Source: Craspedostauros australis
Taxonomy: Eukaryota
Assembly: GCA_030167865.1 (NCBI GenBank)
Contig: JALAGF010001249.1
Coordinates: forward strand, 1 to 64,000
DNA: 64,000 nucleotides
Direction: 5' to 3'
Shown: in pieces, positions 58,770-64,000 of the stretch
Layout of the letters: each line of letters starts with the position of its first letter
Position numbering within the stretch: position 1 is the first letter of the stretch
Translations under genes and position numbers: made by a program
Notes under the pieces: generated by a model
Told to the model about the DNA's origin: nothing
Seen by the model: the letters and a program-made list of their open reading frames with translations, nothing else
Database searches by the model: none

Positions 58770-61102
58770 CTAGTTCTGCTGCTCGTCATCGCCATCGTCG
58801 TCCGCGTGCACCGTGGTCCAGAGCCTTTGCGATGCCGACTTGAGCAGCCAGTGACGCTCGCACCCAGTGCGGAAGGCGGTCTGGATACGTGCCTGGAGCT
58901 CCGTGTCGCTCTGCACCATGGATCGAATCTTGGGCGATGCTTCGCATAGGTAACGAAGACACTTGCATCCCTGGTAGGCCCTGTGATGGATTTTTGGTGC
59001 GCTGCGAATTCCGTCAGACATGACCTGCACGACCTGCTGCGTGAAGGACGAGGAATCGATGATGTCTCGCAGGGTTCTGCCCTCCAGCTTATTGTGACCC
59101 TCGAGGTTGGCGATCACCTCTACCGAATTGACGAAGCAAGTGAGGGCCATGTGGAACGAATGCCTCAGGAATCGCGTATACTCTGCGGGTCTCTGAGCGG
59201 ATGTCTGCGCTGTCGTTGTTGTTGCTGCTGTCTGAGCTTCATCCTCTTCGTCGTCTGATGGGAACTGATCGACGTATCTGTGCTTGTCGGAGGTGGCCGT
59301 GGCGGAAGAGCCGGCTGGGAGAGCGACATCAAAGTCTGGGTACTCGCGTTGCAAGACCAGCGACGTGACGGTATCCTGGATAGATCTGCATGCCTCTTCT
59401 GTTGGTGCGACGTAAGCCTGGTCAGTGGTTGCTGACGATGACGACGATGTGCTGCCGCTTGTGCTGCCGGTCAGCACAGCCAACGCAGTGTCGATGGCGA
59501 CCGACATGACTGTCTTGCGCGGATCGGACATGACCACAAGCGACTCCAGGGCCACCTTCTTCTTGTGCGGCTTGTCGCTGGACAGGAACTGGTGGACGAT
59601 GTCGAGGCTCGACGTTGTAGGCTGATTCGCTTCCTCTGCGGCCTCCTCGGTGTCGCTGGGAGCGCTCTCGCCGGACTCATCCTTGTCATCGTCCGAGGAG
59701 AAGTCGCTGCTGTCGTCGTCGTTGTTGTTGGCCTTGGCCTCGAGCTTGGCGAGGACGTTGTTGACGGCGCGCTCGGTGGATTCGATTGCTGCTCTGTCGA
59801 AGACGTCGTCGATGCGGAAGTGGGATTCGTCGAGATCATCGGACACAGCTGCCTCGACGATGCGGCGGACGTATCCAGCGCAGACCATGGCATCGCCCTT
59901 GGTGCGGTGGATCTCAAGCAGCACATCGTTGGAAGCTCTGCACTTCCACAGAGCGAGGTGGAGCTCGGCGTCCTCCATGGTGAGGAGGGTGGCAGACACT
60001 GGGTCGTTGTTGAACTTCGCCTGGATGCTCATGGCGTGGAGGCTCTGGGTAACGCGCTCGAGGATCGCAGGGAGGGAGTGCTCATCCAGCGACAGGCGGT
60101 TCTTACAGAGATGCACAGGGTGGTATCGCGGAGTGGGCTGGAGCTGGGGGTCGCTCCATCCGCTTCGTGGCGTGTCGATCTCAACCAAGGCGACCGGCGG
60201 TGCGAGGCTCTTTGCTGGCGTGGCCTTGTTGAGATGTCTGGAGAATTTGGAGGGAGCTGATGCTGTTGATGTTGTTCCTGTTGCTGCTGTCTTGGCGGCT
60301 GTGGTGGAGACCGTGGATTGCAGCTGCAGACCAGATGCGTGTGCGCCACCTCCCAGGTTGCTGATCATGCCGCCCTCGAGGGTGCGAAGCTGTGTCTCGG
60401 TCTTTGGTTTGATGGCCATCCCTCTGCGCGATTATTCGTAGTATCCGGATATGGAAGAATTTGGGTGTGAGCGTGGTAGACGTCGCCATGGGTGTAGATG
60501 TAGATGCAGATGGCCATGTTCGGGAGCGGAAGGCGGGAACCGGTTTCGTTGTCGCGGAGCGCGGTGTGCGCGTTTGTGTTCATGTGATGTTGCGATTCGC
60601 GCGTGAGAAACAAAAGCGAGAACAGATTATCGTTCATCGCCAATAGGAAGAGCAATTGGGTTGGTACCGCGTTGCATGGAGGTGTGTGGTGGGTATAACG
60701 AAGAGGTGACGGTAGTTGCGGGGGTGGACATTTGGGAAAAGCGGTGCAGTTGGGCTTGTGTGAGAGATGGATCCGTCTGGGCGCTGTTGTTGTTGTTGTC
60801 GTTCTTGCGACTGCCGGCAGCTGCCGTGATATCTCAACGAACTGTGGAAAGAACGCAGCAGCAGAGAGAGAGAGAGAGAGAGACGGAGCATGCCGAGGTT
60901 ACGTTACGTACCTGAATGTTGGAAGGTCTGGCTGGTGGCTGACATGGCCAACGACTGCGGAGGAAGGCAACTGCTTCTTCTTGCCGACGCTATCAATTCC
61001 CAGCGCGCTGCTGTCGGCGCTGGCGCTGCTTGCGACACTGACATTGTCATCATCGTTGCTCTCCATGAAGGCGGCGTTCGGTGTGTCGTTGGGTTGGCTC
61101 AT
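58770..61102 (-). CDS. Hypothetical protein with KA1-like domain and helical (ARM-like) C-terminal region (main exon 60423-58770; probable first exon 61102-60912)
   Basis: 549-aa ORF with coding bias. A phase-2 GTACGT donor at 60911 and CAG acceptor at 60424 would give ~614 aa. An extra middle exon is not excluded, so the 5' structure is uncertain. Confidence 0.7.
60863..60882. repeat. (GA)n microsatellite in putative intron
   Basis: Directly visible. Confidence 0.9.
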
Positions 61103-64000
61103 TGTGCTGTGTGCTGTGTCTTGTGTCTTGGTAGTGTGTGTTGATGTGTGTCCTTTGTTGCGTTGGTTGCCTCTGTGTGTGTGCGGAGTGGTGGTAGTGC
61201 TGGTTCGTTGCTGCTGTTCCGCTGTTGTCTTTGGGTGTTGTTGTTGGTTTGCTGTGATTTTTATGGCTCTGTGGTGAACTTTTGGTAACGTTGTTCGTCG
61301 TGCTTTTGCCGCTGTTTCAGCACGGTTGTTCGTGCAGCTGGTTCGTGTGGCGCAGTGGCAGGTCTGGGTTGATTTTATTGGTTGCGCTTCTCTGTTGTCA
61401 ACCTATGTAAGCGTAGTACTGTTTCAATGCTCACCAGTACTCTGACCTTCGCGTCTCGAGCTTTGCGCTCAGCGCCAAAACCACCCAAATTCGGAATTGT
61501 TACGTCGCGTTCCGTCGCGTTGCATTACCAGTTGTCGCACGACCGACTCGTGGCTGCCGCTTGTCCCGTACCAGGAATGACACAACACAACACGACCTCG
61601 CTGCGATGATGTTAATGGATGTGGGCGCAGCACCACACGCACAGACGTTCCTTCTTTCGTCTTCGGACTTTGGTTGTGTCTCTCACCTTGTGTCTTCGTT
61701 TTTTGCCCCAGACGTGTGCTGGATGCATCGCGTTTTAGCCCCCAGGCTTGCAGGTCAGACACGTATGAGTGGAACGAGGAATGAACATCGCCGACGTCAC
61801 AAACTCCGCGCTCATGTCGTTCACGTCTGATAGTGTTCGAATGGCACAGATGACATTTATGGGACGGCTCCTACTTAAACGGCTTCTGAACCGTGGTACT
61901 TAAATGTGTGGTCGATGCCCTTGGCCAATCTCCAGACGTGCAGTTGCCCCATCAACAAATCACCCCCCGAGGGCTTTACTGCACATCAAGTTGCTTGGTG
62001 GCACAGAAGGCACATGCGTTCCTTGCGCAGCTGCAAAAGCCACCATGACCACTTCCAACACTCGTACTCTGAACACGCGTCTCTCGACACGAATACAAGA
62101 AGAGGTGACAAGATGGTGGGGACAATCGCGCTTTGGTGGCGACAATGCCAAAGAGCGAACTATACTGATGACAGAGGCGATATACACATATACTTATTTT
62201 CGTATGTTTTGAATCAACGATCAGGCACTCAATCGTTGTTGTTGTGCGTAAGCGGTTGCATTTGCAACATTTGTGCAACATAATATACATTTCACCGCGT
62301 GTACCAGGATGCAATCGACATCCACACCCGACGAAAACGCGTTTCCAAGGGGAAATGCGCCAAAAAGCCGTGTTGATGTTGACTTTCGGGTGATGAGTTC
62401 GTGACTGGCGACAGGTCCGATGTCCGTGTCTATGGTCATTGGAGTGTAGAGCCGAGAGCAGAGTAGAGTAGAACGCAGAAGGTGGAGCACAGAACAGCAG
62501 AGTGGAGTGTGGAGTGTGGAGAGTGGAGTGTGGAGCGGAACCCCACTTCGATTCCAAGCATCACACCGACATCGATGACCATGGCATGCTGCAGAGGGCC
62601 TCCATTGTCGGTGACCGGAGTGATCTGTGGCTGCGTTCTTGCGAGTGCGTCGCACTCGGGGGAGAGAGAGAGAGAGAGAGTGGAGTGATCCTCGGCGACG
62701 CCGCCCCAGGGAGATTCCATTACCAAAACCGCAACATAGCCATGTGGAGAGAACTTCTCGCAGACCATCGTTCGAGTATTATGTACTCGTTTCGAAAATC
62801 TCAGAGAGTAGCGAACATGTGCTGCTTCACAATCATCGATCGATGACCGAAGGGAAGGTTGGAGGAGTGGCAACGACAGCAGGCGACACGTCCACAGAAA
62901 GAAAGGTCAAGGGGGAGACGGACATCATACGCACATCCTCAATTATGGCGGTGAATGCACACAGATCATGTTTCGGGCCATGAGGCATAGCGCATTGTCC
63001 ATGCCCCGTAAATAGAGTAGATTTAGGTAGGTAATAGATCGGAGTAGATCAGGGTAGCGTACCTGCTCCGAAGAGGTCAACCGAGAAAGGACATTGACGA
63101 AGGATACGGACAAATGCTGCGCTTCCTCTGACTCTGTCCCTGCCTCTTCTCGGAAGCTCTCCGGAGAAAGTTGGAGCATCACAGGTCTCAAGCTTCCAAC
63201 ACGCTGAAATTGCAATCGCAACAACTCTCCTGTCGTCGCCTCTGATCTATTCTTAGTAGTATTCTCCTGTGATACTCGTCTTCCATTCTCCTCTATTTGC
63301 TTCTGATCGCAACCCACATGAGAAGGAGACTCGATGACACACATACAGAGTATAGTAAGAGAATTGTAGAGGAACACCAAGAAATCAGAAGTGGGAACAG
63401 AATGCGGATTGGAAGCAGATCCGATCACAACAGACGTGAGTGCCAAAGTGCGGCACGTTGTTGCGTGTTTGGCCAGTTCAAGAACGCTGGAACACACATC
63501 ACAACATCACAGAAGAAGCCGAGACCCCTCCACGGACGAGATAGCGGACTGGAAGCAGAGCCATCAGAGGCTCTGCATGAAGGAGAACCCTAATTGCAGC
63601 CATGCGTGCACACACAGAGTGAGTGAGAGAGGAAGGTGAGGAAATGAGAACGCAAACCATCGCCTCTTGGGGGGTCTCCAGAGTTGACGTTGAGGTTGAG
63701 GTTGTCGGAATCAACAACTCGTCGCGTGTGATCTGCTCCCTTCCTTCGGGTCTGCAGGTGCATTTGCACTCTTGCATTCACGCTCTTGCATTCGCAGTTG
63801 TGTAGTCGTGCCTGAACCGCGCCACGCGAAGGTACGCATCGACCACAGTTGGAGTGTTGCTACCATGGTATGATACGGTACGACAGGAGTTGGGGTTCCA
63901 GCGCATTTGCACGAAGTGGATGTGAGTGACTCCGTACCATTGTGGCCTCCCATGCCTGTCTCGTGCTCTCTGGTCGCATTCCGTTCCCAGTCTGTGGCGG

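Noticed and set aside
60640-60841. Possible extra exon of the KA1-like gene (one frame reads DITAAAGSRKNDNNNNSAQ..)
   Set aside because: Could not find splice sites that put the protein-like frame in phase with both neighbours; left unresolved.
61300-64000. Gene-poor end of window including ORF 62943-63497; considered as a transposon remnant or gene
   Set aside because: No transposase/RT/integrase motifs, terminal repeats or coding bias recognised.

Overview
Gene-dense eukaryotic nuclear DNA, most likely from a diatom. This is inferred from GT-AG introns, GC3-rich exons, microsatellite-rich introns and spacers, and two bipartite plastid presequences with ASAFAP-type cleavage sites. About 21 protein-coding genes can be reconstructed by hand-splicing. 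In order they are: a Tweety/prominin-like membrane protein, RAD52, a Q/N-rich ankyrin protein, a RIO3-like kinase with ubiquitin-binding motifs, an intronless two-domain SDR fusion, a BRCT protein, a GT7 galactosyltransferase, a PDI-like protein, a Cys/His-domain protein, condensin CAP-G, prolidase, an SGNH-like membrane protein, histone H1, plastid uS15, a putative lumenal protein, proteasome alpha-4, plastid GGPP synthase, a possible Ubl protein, two tandem atypical ArfGAPs and a KA1-like protein. I recognised no rRNA, tRNA, CRISPR array or intact transposon. The best candidates for something new are: (1) the bacterial-looking DenD-like (NAD) + classical SDR (NADP) fusion, possibly a single-chain sugar-acid stereo-inversion enzyme; (2) the tandem ArfGAP pair with a CxxC-x28-CxxC finger, one copy having Lys instead of the catalytic Arg; (3) a histone H1 with a 24-nt symmetric microexon in its tail; (4) a RIOK3-type kinase outside animals. 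All family assignments come from motif recognition by eye; no database search was run.
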